The position numbers were made by a program, and so were the translations under genes. Positions 19,401-28,532 of a stretch of DNA of 42,556 bases are shown in pieces; the stretch's first letter is position 1; each line of letters starts with the position of its first letter. The notes under the pieces are model-generated. The model was not told the DNA's origin. It was given only the letters and a program-made list of their open reading frames with translations, and ran no database searches. Source of the DNA: Bacteroidota bacterium (lineage in GTDB: Bacteria; Bacteroidota; Ignavibacteria; T3Sed10-11); contig SLQE01000063.1 in NCBI GenBank assembly GCA_007131635.1, forward strand, positions 1-42,556, written 5' to 3'.

Positions 19401-22400
19401 CATCGATGGTGATGTAAGCGGCGGGAAGATGTATATAAATTTAGGACAGGTAAGCGAACGGATTATATATGAAGATCGCCTGCGCAGTTTTCGGGTAAAC
19501 GGAATTCATCAGGAAGACGGCAGCCGCGGGCGACAACCGACCGGTGTCCTCAACGAAGGTGAAGACGTTGGCATCGACGGTATACCGACAAGTGAAGAAC
19601 AGGAGCTCTTTGCCGATTGGATCGAACATTATCGTGATACACCGTTTTATAATGAATTGCTTGAAGATCCTTCGGGTGATAATTTCCGCCAACCGCGTCC
19701 GGGTGACTATTCGGGAGTTATCGGAACGGAAGGAAATTCCGCGCTCGAAGAGTTCGCCCGTATACCCGATAGTGAAGATCTCAATCGCAACGGCATTGTT
19801 GATCTTACGAACAGTTATTATGAATATGAAGTGAGTCTCGATACTACAAATGCATTCAGGGATAACCCGTATATAGTCGGTGGCGGACATAACGGATGGT
19901 ATCAATTCCGTATTCCTATTCGATCGTATGAAAGAGTAATCGGTAATCCTTCATTCGATAATGTCGAGTTTTTCCGGGTATTCTTTACCGGATTCGAAAA
20001 TAACATTCATATTCGATTTGCCGAATTTTCATTTACCGGAAATCAGTGGGAAGAGGAACAACGGGATGATGAAACGATGGTTGTTTCGGTGCTGAACAAG
20101 CAGGAGAATCCCGAATACTATTCACCACCGGGTGTTCGTCCGCCCCGCGAACGTTTGCCCGACGGTGATGTCATCGAAGGTAATGAGCAATCGCTCGTGC
20201 TTACCGTGAATAACATGCAGCCCGATGACAGCAGGCAGATCTTTCGCTATTTTGCAGCCCGTGCCCTCGATGTATTTCATTACCGATCACTGAGAATGTT
20301 TGTTCATGGTGATCTTTCCTGGTTTGTCAGCGAAGATGCATCACAACGGGACGCAGAATTTTTTATTCGTCTAGGTGCCGATACTTCGAACTACTACGAG
20401 TACCGTCAACCGATTTGGCCCGGATGGGACGAAAATAATTTTGTGCATATCGACTTTGCACAGATGACAGCGGCGAAAGCGGTCCGTGATACATCGACGA
20501 ATATAAGCCAACTTATACCCGTGCAGGACGGACCGGAGGGAGCGACGTATCGTGTCGTACGCGATCCGTCATTAACACGAATACGGTATATCTCCATTGG
20601 CATTGCAAATCCGGGCGACGAAACGGGAACTGCAAAACCGTTAAACGGACAGGTATGGGTGAACGAAATGCGATTAATTGACGTCGATGACACACCCGGC
20701 TGGGCCTATCGTCTCAGCTCGTCGGTTAATTTTGCCGATTTTGGTACCGTTCGCTTTAATGTAACACAGACCGATCCGAATTTCCATCGTCTTGACCGGC
20801 GTTTCGGAACCCGTGAAACAAGTCGAAACTGGGAAGTGGCAGCAAACTTCTCACTACAAAGGTTACTGCCCCAGAGCTGGCAACGCGGTACTGAACTTCC
20901 GATAAATTACACACGAAGTGAACGCATTGTTGATCCGCAATACATACCGGGAACCGATATACGAATTACGAATGCAATGGAACGCCAGCGTGAGCAACTT
21001 GAGGAAGCAGGTATTGATCCTGCGGAAGCACAACAAATGGTGGAACAAATTCGTATCGAATCGCAAACTGTGCGTATTGCCGACACGTATTCAGCACCGA
21101 ATATTCGCATACAGATTCCGTCCGAACGCTGGTATCTGAGAGAGACCATCAACAATCTGCGTTTCGGTTTTAATTATAATAAAACAAGCGATCGAAGTCC
21201 GACGGTTGAAACCCGTGAGAGCTGGTCGTGGCAGGCACGTTCGACTTATCAATTGTCGTTCAGCCGCGAGAATTACTGGCAACCGTTTAAGAATCTATTC
21301 GATGGGGTTCCGTTGCTCGATCATTATAAAGATGTTCGCTTTAACTACTCTCCTGCGAATTTTAATACGGGATTGAACCTGCAGCGTACACGTACAGATG
21401 AACGCCTGAGACGTCAGGATCGGGAACGTCCGACCGTACGGAATTTTACCGCTAATCGTAATATGGCCTTCTCGTGGCGCTTCGTCGAAAATGCTTTTAT
21501 CAATCCTGCATTTGATTATCGGTTGAATGTTGCGAGTTCGCTGGTGCATCTCGAACTCGACGAACTTGGACGACAGAGAGAATTTTCATCCATCATGAGT
21601 GATATGGTCGGAGGTTCACGACTGATCAGTTTCGGAATTGACAACAATTATAACCAGGATATTCGTCTCGAAACACGACCGAGACTACCGGCCCTCTGGG
21701 GTATAAATCGCTTCTTTGAAATGAATGCCGGTTACAATGCAGGTTATCGCTGGACCCGCAATCTCGCGCAGGAAACGCTCGGACGAAGTGCCGGCGTCAA
21801 TGCGAGATTCGATGCATCTATGGGTATTAATCTTAAAGATCTTGGAAATAAAATATTCGGTGTCGAACAACAACCGGCAGGACGCGGTGGCCAACAGCAG
21901 CCGGCGAGGGGAAGAACACGCGATGAACCCCGACAGCAACCGAGGGGAGAAGAGGAGACTGCTGAGAAAGAAGTAAAAGATGAAGGCGCGTCCGGTTTCG
22001 AAGCCATTAAACAGGCACTTACCTATTTAATAAAAGTACCGTTTCTGGATTATGACCGGATCACCGTTAGTTTCAACCAAAACCGAAATATACAAAATAG
22101 CGGCCTGGTCGGCGGAACCGGTCTGAATAATTTCTGGGGAAAAATTCCTTTTATAGATGATCCGAACATCGAAGACGGTCCGTCAAGAATGTATCAACTC
22201 GGTTTGTCATCGACACCGGCTGAACTGCGCGCACCGAATGGCAGTCTTATGGACACCTTTTCGGAATCTAATCGGGTCTCGATGCGTACACAGCGACAGC
22301 TCTGGCAGGGAGCCCGCATCGATCTGGCATGGAATTACTCATGGAATTTTAACCGAAATCATAGCTTAATTACCGACGAGGATGGCATACCGACCATTGC

Positions 22401-23277
22401 CAGTAAAAATCAGGCGGGTGATATCGACAGATCGTTTTTAACACTGCCGCAACTTCCGGGATTAAAAATGCTGGGCGGTAATCTCGATGATGTGGTATCT
22501 CTATTCCAGGAATCGCTCAATGATCCTAACGATGACCGGAGTGAAGGTGAAAAGTTATCAGACGCTTTCGAAAGAGGAATGGAATCATTTTCATTACTCA
22601 GTCAGTTTTTCGGAGATGCATTGCCGCGAATGAATTGGACGTTCAGGTGGGAGGGCTTAGAGAGACTCGGAATATTCCAGAGCTGGGCGCGCAGGGTATC
22701 ACTCGATCACGCATATAACTCAAGTTATTCCACCCGATGGCGGGCACGACCCGATATGACGGGTAAACAAACCGAAATGCAGCGTATCAGTATGGTATTT
22801 AGTCCGTTCATCGGTATCAACATTACATTTCAGGATTTCTTTAAAGGGAATCTCTCCGCGAATGCACGATATAATACGACGACTCACTATGATCTGAATT
22901 ATTCTTCACGAATTATTGTACAAACTACTTCTCAGGAAGTTTCCTTCACTGCATCCTATGGAAGAAGCGGTTTCTCCGTTCCACTTTTCGGCCTTGCCTT
23001 GAGCAACGATATTAATCTCAGTATGACGTTTTCTATGTCCCGGAATGAACGTCTGCGTTACACAATCGAATCGCTGCGCGGCGACGGTATAGGTCAAACC
23101 GATGACGGTGCAACACGCATCAGCTTCGAACCCCGCATTCGCTATGTTCTCAGTCAACGTGTCACTGCTACAATATTCTATCGTCATATGAAAACAGCAC
23201 CGAATAAAGACGGCTCGCGTACGCCCGGTATGACGATCAATGAAGCGGGAGTTGATATTAATATATCTATCCGGTAG
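16456..23277 (+). CDS. sprA: T9SS outer-membrane translocon SprA/Sov
   Basis: Size of about 2270 aa is typical. The N-terminal conserved block reads NIFGRPGIRLNISGAVDIRAGFRRQ...DFKQDVQINVSGLVGDKLNILADWNTQRTFEFENQLNIRYDGYEDEIIQRIEAGNVSL, typical of the SprA N-terminal domain. Beta-strand-rich sequence runs to the C-terminus. The ORF opens at TTG 16393, but ATG 16456 gives a proper signal peptide (MSPAFGTPLVLLCLFLLPGTLTTKA). Confidence 0.9.
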   Translation: MSPAFGTPLVLLCLFLLPGTLTTKANNSFFIRVSENDSVTQDTLGVIYEDIDRRPSRFRGRRIGEVRRPGESVTDFETDTTLTREELQERLLAPTDSTARIKHFTYRRKDAPFASLLSQPRRHALFLENRNRVYNKSVALDSLGRSVTVRETVNGEDIKIPVSLSLDDYIQQRAMTIRREGWVRLAQNYRLEEQEDRQADLEDFLRGITTIDIPIPPNPLLNIFGRPGIRLNISGAVDIRAGFRRQAADQTSLSRLDQTRNEPDFKQDVQINVSGLVGDKLNILADWNTQRTFEFENQLNIRYDGYEDEIIQRIEAGNVSLQTPTQFIGSSQALFGIKSFMQFGPMKLTAIASQQKGRSEELTLSGGAQEQTFEIRPYDYARNHFFIDEEYIDEYEPAMALEPRYNPQLEITDIEVWVTRSGIVTDVDERPVTAHINLPRLPPGGYDDGEWRDITTGISGELEIGQFVLLRQGEDYNIGSRTGRLTLLKQIANDQAVAVAYRRADGSVFGDFIATVDDDSSRMVLKLVRPRNLIPQYSDAWKLQLRNIYSIGGRNLQREGFELRVEYDTPGQEPADQLDGQPLLQVLGLDETDDSGSPTPDNRFDWRPGVTIDPTRGELIFPSLRPFDLKLAAAGLDDYRYPEIYDTTVAAARNRTDKDRFRIRGQYSSTVASSYNLGFNVVEGSVTVFHGGTRLQEGVDYSVDYMLGQITIRNEAALQPGADLRITYEQNELFQIASKTLLGMRGEMPFGQYSDLNFTIMSLREETLADKVRVGEEPISNMILGFDGRTRIPINFVTDAMNRLPFYNSLAESNLQLSGEAAYINPNRNTKRSNVEIDEGKGVAYIDDFEGSRRSVPIGISFGSWKYTSPPVRTAHLGELAPEIMAEYKAKAFWYNALYNDEVTLVSDIWPERQVQRGDERVRVLQVQYHPRQRAEYNYSWDLMETVYNSPHNSWGGMMRALTGSTNNLINENLNFIEFWARIDGDVSGGKMYINLGQVSERIIYEDRLRSFRVNGIHQEDGSRGRQPTGVLNEGEDVGIDGIPTSEEQELFADWIEHYRDTPFYNELLEDPSGDNFRQPRPGDYSGVIGTEGNSALEEFARIPDSEDLNRNGIVDLTNSYYEYEVSLDTTNAFRDNPYIVGGGHNGWYQFRIPIRSYERVIGNPSFDNVEFFRVFFTGFENNIHIRFAEFSFTGNQWEEEQRDDETMVVSVLNKQENPEYYSPPGVRPPRERLPDGDVIEGNEQSLVLTVNNMQPDDSRQIFRYFAARALDVFHYRSLRMFVHGDLSWFVSEDASQRDAEFFIRLGADTSNYYEYRQPIWPGWDENNFVHIDFAQMTAAKAVRDTSTNISQLIPVQDGPEGATYRVVRDPSLTRIRYISIGIANPGDETGTAKPLNGQVWVNEMRLIDVDDTPGWAYRLSSSVNFADFGTVRFNVTQTDPNFHRLDRRFGTRETSRNWEVAANFSLQRLLPQSWQRGTELPINYTRSERIVDPQYIPGTDIRITNAMERQREQLEEAGIDPAEAQQMVEQIRIESQTVRIADTYSAPNIRIQIPSERWYLRETINNLRFGFNYNKTSDRSPTVETRESWSWQARSTYQLSFSRENYWQPFKNLFDGVPLLDHYKDVRFNYSPANFNTGLNLQRTRTDERLRRQDRERPTVRNFTANRNMAFSWRFVENAFINPAFDYRLNVASSLVHLELDELGRQREFSSIMSDMVGGSRLISFGIDNNYNQDIRLETRPRLPALWGINRFFEMNAGYNAGYRWTRNLAQETLGRSAGVNARFDASMGINLKDLGNKIFGVEQQPAGRGGQQQPARGRTRDEPRQQPRGEEETAEKEVKDEGASGFEAIKQALTYLIKVPFLDYDRITVSFNQNRNIQNSGLVGGTGLNNFWGKIPFIDDPNIEDGPSRMYQLGLSSTPAELRAPNGSLMDTFSESNRVSMRTQRQLWQGARIDLAWNYSWNFNRNHSLITDEDGIPTIASKNQAGDIDRSFLTLPQLPGLKMLGGNLDDVVSLFQESLNDPNDDRSEGEKLSDAFERGMESFSLLSQFFGDALPRMNWTFRWEGLERLGIFQSWARRVSLDHAYNSSYSTRWRARPDMTGKQTEMQRISMVFSPFIGINITFQDFFKGNLSANARYNTTTHYDLNYSSRIIVQTTSQEVSFTASYGRSGFSVPLFGLALSNDINLSMTFSMSRNERLRYTIESLRGDGIGQTDDGATRISFEPRIRYVLSQRVTATIFYRHMKTAPNKDGSRTPGMTINEAGVDINISIR

Positions 23278-23427
23278 TTTACTATTCCCTTTTCATCGGC
23301 AAATTTGTTATATTTGTATTATCGGAATTATCCAATCAATGGTAAGTCCGTTCTTTGTAACAAATCTATGATCGTCAGTAAAGCAGCAACTGATGGGAGA
23401 GGCACAATTTATACATAGGAGTCAGCC

Positions 23428-24852
23428 ATGAACTCAGAAGATTTCCGTACGTATGCACATGAAGTTGTCGATTGGATGGCAGACTACCTGGATTCGATCG
23501 AATCATATCCGGTAAAAGCCCGAACTAATCCCGGTAGAATACTCGAACAGTTACCGATACATCCGCCGAAAAACGGCGAATCATTTCAGACCATCTTCAA
23601 AGATTTTCAAAATGTTATATTACCCGGAATAACTCATTGGCAACACCCCAAGTTTTTCGGTTACTTTCCGGCAAACAGCAGTCGTGTCTCGGTTCTTGCC
23701 GAGATGCTGACGGCTACTCTCGGTGCGCAATGTATGAGCTGGCTGACATCACCCGCCGCAACCGAACTTGAGGATCGGGTCATGGGGTGGTTGAGAGAAA
23801 TGATCGATTTACCGGAACATTTCACCGGAGTAATTCAGGATACGGCATCAACGGCAACCATATGTGCCCTGTTAACCGCACGTGAAAAAAAATCAGATTT
23901 TCAGGTAAATAAAACAGGGTTGCAGCGGCCTCATAAATATATGGTATACTGTTCATCGGAAGGGCATTCCTCCATAGAAAAGGCGGTCAAAGTTATCGGT
24001 CTCGGATCGGATAATTTAAGAAAGATTCCGGTTGACGATACATATGCTATTCTAACGGGGAGATTGCATAATCAAATAGAGGACGATAAAGAGAAAGGGT
24101 TCATACCACTTGCAGTTGTAGCGGCACTCGGTACTACCGGTTCGACTGCTATCGATTCGCTGAAAAAGATCGGTGAAATTACCTCTAAGCATGACATCTG
24201 GCTCCATGTCGATGCCGCGTATGCCGGTACAGCCCTCGTGCTTCCTGAATACCGCTGGATGATAGACGGAATCAAGTATGTGGATTCATTTGTTTTTAAC
24301 CCGCATAAATGGATGTTTACAAATTTCGATTGTTCGGCATATTTTGTAAAAGATCCCGAGGCACTGGTCCGAACGTTTGAAATATTACCCGAATATCTGA
24401 AAACGAATGAGGGAATACCGGTGAAAAACTATCGTGATTGGGGGTTGCAGCTCGGGCGACGCTTCCGGGCATTGAAGCTCTGGTTTGTCATCCGGAATTA
24501 CGGTGTCGCCGGATTACAGGACAAGATCCGTAAGCATATCAGTATGGCACAGGACTTTGCCCGGACAATCGATAATACATCAGACTTCGAGTTGATGGCT
24601 CCTGTGCCGCTCAACACAATCTGTTTCCGATATCATCCTCATAGAATCGATGAACCCGAAAAGCTCAATGAAGTAAACGAAGCGTTATTAGGGCATCTCA
24701 ACGCATCGGGGAACCTGTTTGTAACGCATACCCGGTTAAACGGTGCATATGTTATACGTATGGTCATCGGGCAAACGGAAGTGGAGCCCCGACATATTGA
24801 TGAAACGTGGGAACTGATCTGTGAAACGGTTGAGTTGATTGAAGTGGAGTAA
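23428..24852 (+). CDS. Group II PLP-dependent decarboxylase, aromatic-L-amino-acid/tyrosine decarboxylase-like
   Basis: N-terminal FR..A..VVDW.ADYL pattern is present. THWQHPKFFGYFP is the DDC-family signature. The PLP-lysine motif FNPHKWMFTNFDCSAYFVKD compares with eukaryotic DDC NPHKWLLVNFDCS. AGGAG Shine-Dalgarno site lies upstream. Confidence 0.85.
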   Translation: MNSEDFRTYAHEVVDWMADYLDSIESYPVKARTNPGRILEQLPIHPPKNGESFQTIFKDFQNVILPGITHWQHPKFFGYFPANSSRVSVLAEMLTATLGAQCMSWLTSPAATELEDRVMGWLREMIDLPEHFTGVIQDTASTATICALLTAREKKSDFQVNKTGLQRPHKYMVYCSSEGHSSIEKAVKVIGLGSDNLRKIPVDDTYAILTGRLHNQIEDDKEKGFIPLAVVAALGTTGSTAIDSLKKIGEITSKHDIWLHVDAAYAGTALVLPEYRWMIDGIKYVDSFVFNPHKWMFTNFDCSAYFVKDPEALVRTFEILPEYLKTNEGIPVKNYRDWGLQLGRRFRALKLWFVIRNYGVAGLQDKIRKHISMAQDFARTIDNTSDFELMAPVPLNTICFRYHPHRIDEPEKLNEVNEALLGHLNASGNLFVTHTRLNGAYVIRMVIGQTEVEPRHIDETWELICETVELIEVE

Positions 24853-24905
24853 ATCGTCGATTTGTCGTACACTAAAAATCATACCGGAAAAATAAACTAA
24901 AAAAT

Positions 24906-25805
24906 ATGGCAACAGACGCACAAACAATTCTTCAACCCGATGTTATCTCGCGGATCGAAAACCTCGAACTCCGTGCGAAGCTGGTAGTAGAAGGGTTTAT
25001 CGCCGGCTTACATCGCAGCCCGTATCATGGATTCAGCGTCGAGTTTGCCGAACACCGACAATACATGCCCGGCGACGATATCAGGCATATCGACTGGAAA
25101 GTGCTTGGCAGAACCGATCGATATTATATTAAGCAGTATGAAGAAGAGACAAATTTAAAAACATATCTTGTTATCGATGCAAGCCGCTCGATGGCATTCC
25201 AGACCGAAAAGCATCCTACTAAATTCGAGTATGCAACATCCGTCGCGGCGGCGCTCGCCTATTTAATGGTGAGACAGAGAGACGCTGTGGGGCTGGGCAT
25301 CTATGATGAGAGCATCCGGACATTTCTGCCTCCGCGCTCAAAACAATCCTACCTCAAAATACTTTTTAAAACTTTACTTGAAACCCGGCCCGGTAAAAAA
25401 ACCGGTACCGGGATTTCACTTCATAGAATGGCCGAACGAATCAAACGAAGAGGACTGGTAATCATATTCAGTGATTTGTTCGATAATCCGGACGAGGTTC
25501 TCGGAGCGCTGAAGCATTTCCGACACAACCGGAACGAAGTTATAGTTATGCAGGTGCTCGATCCGTCGGAACGGTCGTTCGCATTCGGAAGAGATGCAGT
25601 TTTTAAAGACATGGAAACCGGGGAAAAAATGACCACGCAGCCATACCAGATCCAAAAAGCATACCAGTATGAAATGCGCCGCTTCCTCGACCGGTACAAG
25701 CGGGAATGCCGGGAGCAGGCAGTCGATTACGTTCTGCTCGACACCGCCACGCCGTTTGACGTCGCGTTGTTTCAGTATTTGAATAAACGCAAAAAATTAG
25801 GATAA
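24906..25805 (+). CDS. DUF58 (vWA-like, MoxR-associated family) protein
   Basis: Hallmark SPYHGFSVEFAEHRQYMPGDDIRHIDWKV is followed by a vWA-like LVIDASRSM segment and a later IFSD segment. Confidence 0.8.
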   Translation: MATDAQTILQPDVISRIENLELRAKLVVEGFIAGLHRSPYHGFSVEFAEHRQYMPGDDIRHIDWKVLGRTDRYYIKQYEEETNLKTYLVIDASRSMAFQTEKHPTKFEYATSVAAALAYLMVRQRDAVGLGIYDESIRTFLPPRSKQSYLKILFKTLLETRPGKKTGTGISLHRMAERIKRRGLVIIFSDLFDNPDEVLGALKHFRHNRNEVIVMQVLDPSERSFAFGRDAVFKDMETGEKMTTQPYQIQKAYQYEMRRFLDRYKRECREQAVDYVLLDTATPFDVALFQYLNKRKKLG

Positions 25806-25988
25806 GAGCGGTGGATCAGGGTTAGTATTACCTCCGCGGGCGCATTGACAGCGTGCTTTTATAACCCTCATAAGTATTTGATTTTCAACGAATATTTTGC
25901 TAATATATGCTGTTTATGTATATAATTTTTAATTTAAATTCCAACGGTACAGGGAATGTAATTTTTATGAGAAGCGGAGGCGGTTCAT

Positions 25989-26642
25989 TTGATTACCAGA
26001 TACGGTTATGATGTGGTGTTTACGGTGGCAGGAATTACTGTAGCCGGAATTATTGCCTCCTATTTTCTGATAGGAAATGTTTATATAAAATTCCCCATTA
26101 TAGGCGTTTTATTAGCTTTTATACTATTTACATTATATTTTTTCCGCGATCCGGAAAGAACCATTCCTGAAGGTGATACTATAATTTTATCTCCTGCAGA
26201 CGGAAAATTAGTGCTTATCAAAGACCTTGATTATACAGATTATCTCGAAGCCCCTGCTACACAACTGAGTATTTTTCTCTCTCCTTTGAATGTCCATGTG
26301 AACAGAGTCCCCTGGAGCGGTAAGGTTGGTTTTTACCGGTATATTAAAGGAGATTTTATGGTTGCTTATGATCATATGGCGTCTGAAAAAAATGAACGGA
26401 CCGAGATCGGACTTGAACGGAACGGACAGAAGATATTGTTCAAGCAAATTGTCGGTTCGATTGCACGCCGCATAGTATGTCCGCTGAAGGAGGGAGATAA
26501 CCTCGTGAAAGGGGAGCGATTCGGTATGATAAAATTCGGATCACGTATGGATGTCATACTTCCGCGAAATGCACAAATACAGGTAAACGTCGGGCAGAAA
26601 GTTGTAGGCGGAGAAACTGTCCTGGCTACTATGGCGGAATAA
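25989..26642 (+). CDS. psd: Phosphatidylserine decarboxylase, short membrane-anchored type
   Basis: Two N-terminal TM helices. Motifs LSPADGK, FLSPLNVHVNRVP and the self-cleavage/pyruvoyl motif KFGSRMDV are present. TTG start with GGAGG 8 nt upstream. It is followed by pssA. Confidence 0.85.
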   Translation: MITRYGYDVVFTVAGITVAGIIASYFLIGNVYIKFPIIGVLLAFILFTLYFFRDPERTIPEGDTIILSPADGKLVLIKDLDYTDYLEAPATQLSIFLSPLNVHVNRVPWSGKVGFYRYIKGDFMVAYDHMASEKNERTEIGLERNGQKILFKQIVGSIARRIVCPLKEGDNLVKGERFGMIKFGSRMDVILPRNAQIQVNVGQKVVGGETVLATMAE

Positions 26643-26700
26643 TACCGGTTATGAATAAGCAGAGAAACGCGGGCAAAAAGGTTTGGATGGTATTCAATAC

Positions 26701-27465
26701 ATGAAAATAACCAGAGCATTTGTACCGAACATGTTTACGACTTTAAACATGTTCAGCGGTTTTATGTCGATAATATCCTCAACACAGGGGAATTATATCG
26801 TTGCCGCGTGGTTTATTATCCTGGCCGGGGTATTTGATGCTCTGGACGGTGTTATGGCCCGTATTACCAAATCGTCGAGTGAGTTCGGTGTGGAATTTGA
26901 TTCACTGTCGGATATTGTGTCATTTGGTGTCGCACCATCCTTTCTCGTATATGCTATTGCCCTGCATGAATTTAACAACATCGGCATTTTAGTCAGTGCG
27001 CTCCCTTTAATCTTCGGCGGTATACGCCTCGCAAGATTTAATGTTCAGCTTACCGGTTTTGATAAGGACTATTTCCGCGGTTTGCCGATACCATCGGCTG
27101 CGGGATTGATCGTGACATATGTGTTTAATTTTTACGACGAGACGAGCGGACTTACCGGTTTCTGGGGAAGTATGCTTATCCCAATGATTATTATCTCATC
27201 GTTATTAATGGTGTCATTGATCAGGTATGATGCATTACCGAGACCGAATAAGGAGTCCCTTAAAAAGAATCCGGTGAAGTTTTTGTTACTGTTTCTGGCA
27301 ATTTTAGCTGCAGTCATAACAAAAGGATACGCGCTGTTTTATATTTTTATTATCTATGTATGTTCCGGTCCGGTCAGAGTTCTGGTTGAGAAAATTCTAC
27401 AGGCCGTCGGGATGGGAGAAATGAACCGGGAATCATCGGAGGAGATTACAAGTCTCGATGCATAA
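26701..27465 (+). CDS. pssA: CDP-diacylglycerol--serine O-phosphatidyltransferase
   Basis: CDP-alcohol phosphatidyltransferase motif DALDGVMARITKSSSEFGVEFDSLSDIVSFGVAP (DGxxARx8Gx3Dx3D). Multiple TM helices. The ORF opens at TTG 26683, but ATG 26701 gives the usual short N-terminus before PNxxT. Confidence 0.85.
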   Translation: MKITRAFVPNMFTTLNMFSGFMSIISSTQGNYIVAAWFIILAGVFDALDGVMARITKSSSEFGVEFDSLSDIVSFGVAPSFLVYAIALHEFNNIGILVSALPLIFGGIRLARFNVQLTGFDKDYFRGLPIPSAAGLIVTYVFNFYDETSGLTGFWGSMLIPMIIISSLLMVSLIRYDALPRPNKESLKKNPVKFLLLFLAILAAVITKGYALFYIFIIYVCSGPVRVLVEKILQAVGMGEMNRESSEEITSLDA

Positions 27466-27516
27466 ACCGGCTATTGAAGTTAAGCAGATTTTAAATATAA
27501 ATATAAATGAAAAAGT

Positions 27517-27783
27517 ATGTATAAAGCCAATATAACAATAACTCTCCGGCCCTCTATTCTCGATCCGGAGGGGAAAACCATTGAGCAAAGTTTACATCAA
27601 CTCGGATATGGAGATGTCCATAATATCCGTATGGGTAAACACGTGGAAGTTGACGTTGATGCAGGGACGGAAAAGGAAGCGCGTGAGATAGTTGATACTA
27701 TTTGCTCTAAATTACTGGCAAATCCCGTGATGGAGGATTATACTTTTCGTGTCGAGAAACTTCAAGTAGCGGTGGAAAGATGA
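27517..27783 (+). CDS. purS: Phosphoribosylformylglycinamidine synthase subunit PurS
   Basis: 88 aa. [24 protein letters not shown] is the PurS signature. Its stop overlaps the purQ start (ATGA). Confidence 0.9.
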   Translation: MYKANITITLRPSILDPEGKTIEQSLHQLGYGDVHNIRMGKHVEVDVDAGTEKEAREIVDTICSKLLANPVMEDYTFRVEKLQVAVER

Positions 27784-28490
27784 GTGAGAAACCCCGTGCC
27801 GCAGTCGTTGTGTTTCCGGGATCAAATTGTGACCACGATACTTTCTATGCATTACGGAAAATTATGAACGCCGATGCACGGTTTGTGTGGCATAAGGAAG
27901 AGAAACTTGAAAATACGGATATAGTTGTTCTCCCCGGTGGTTTTTCGTACGGTGATTACCTGCGATGCGGTGCCATTGCACGATTTTCACCGATTATGAA
28001 GGATGTGGTCCGTTTTGCCGGTGAAGGTGGTGTCGTTTTGGGGATTTGCAATGGTTTTCAGGTCCTTTGTGAAGCAGGACTATTACCCGGGGCGCTGCTC
28101 CGAAACGATCATGTAAGGTTTGTGTGTAAAGATGTTTATATCCGTGTCGAAAATGCGGACACGAGATTCACGGCTACGTGTCATGAGGGCGATATTCTGA
28201 AAATACCCGTCGCACACGGAGAGGGTAATTACCTCATAGATGAAGCAGGACTTGAAGAGTTGAAAAAAAATCACCAAATTGTATTTAGATATTGTAATCA
28301 ACAGGGTGAGTTAACCGATAGTGCAAATCCCAACGGTTCGATTGAGAATATTGCAGGTGTGATCAACCGTGAAGGAAATATCCTCGGAATGATGCCGCAT
28401 CCCGAACGGGCGATGGAAAAGTTGCTCGGTAAAAGTGACGGCAAGAAAATATTGCAATCGGTCCTGGAGAGTATTTCAAACTCAAAATAA
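27780..28490 (+). CDS. purQ: Phosphoribosylformylglycinamidine synthase glutaminase subunit PurQ
   Basis: [19 protein letters not shown], the nucleophile elbow GICNGFQ, and HGEG plus MPHPER (His/Glu of the triad). Confidence 0.92.
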   Translation: MSEKPRAAVVVFPGSNCDHDTFYALRKIMNADARFVWHKEEKLENTDIVVLPGGFSYGDYLRCGAIARFSPIMKDVVRFAGEGGVVLGICNGFQVLCEAGLLPGALLRNDHVRFVCKDVYIRVENADTRFTATCHEGDILKIPVAHGEGNYLIDEAGLEELKKNHQIVFRYCNQQGELTDSANPNGSIENIAGVINREGNILGMMPHPERAMEKLLGKSDGKKILQSVLESISNSK

Positions 28491-28532
28491 ATAACTATAA
28501 TGACGAAATAATCCGTCAGGGAGAGAAATTGT

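Noticed and set aside
19441-19905. 154-aa minus-strand ORF, and many other 60-125-aa ORFs on both strands, inside sprA, porU, the lpt genes, psd/pssA (e.g. 26372-26719) and deoB (34951-35319)
   Set aside because: All are nested in or antisense to long ORFs with strong family signatures. None shows a known motif, signal sequence or plausible Shine-Dalgarno site. They are treated as frame shadows.
28262-28270. A8 homopolymer tracts inside coding sequence (purQ near 28263, fmt near 38900) as possible phase-variation or slippage sites
   Set aside because: Both reading frames are intact across the tracts and encode conserved housekeeping enzymes. Short poly-A runs encoding Lys-Lys are expected at this base composition.
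27517-28490. purS-purQ pair without an adjacent purL
   Set aside because: Split or dispersed pur genes are common outside Firmicutes. Both genes look intact, so this is not considered anomalous.
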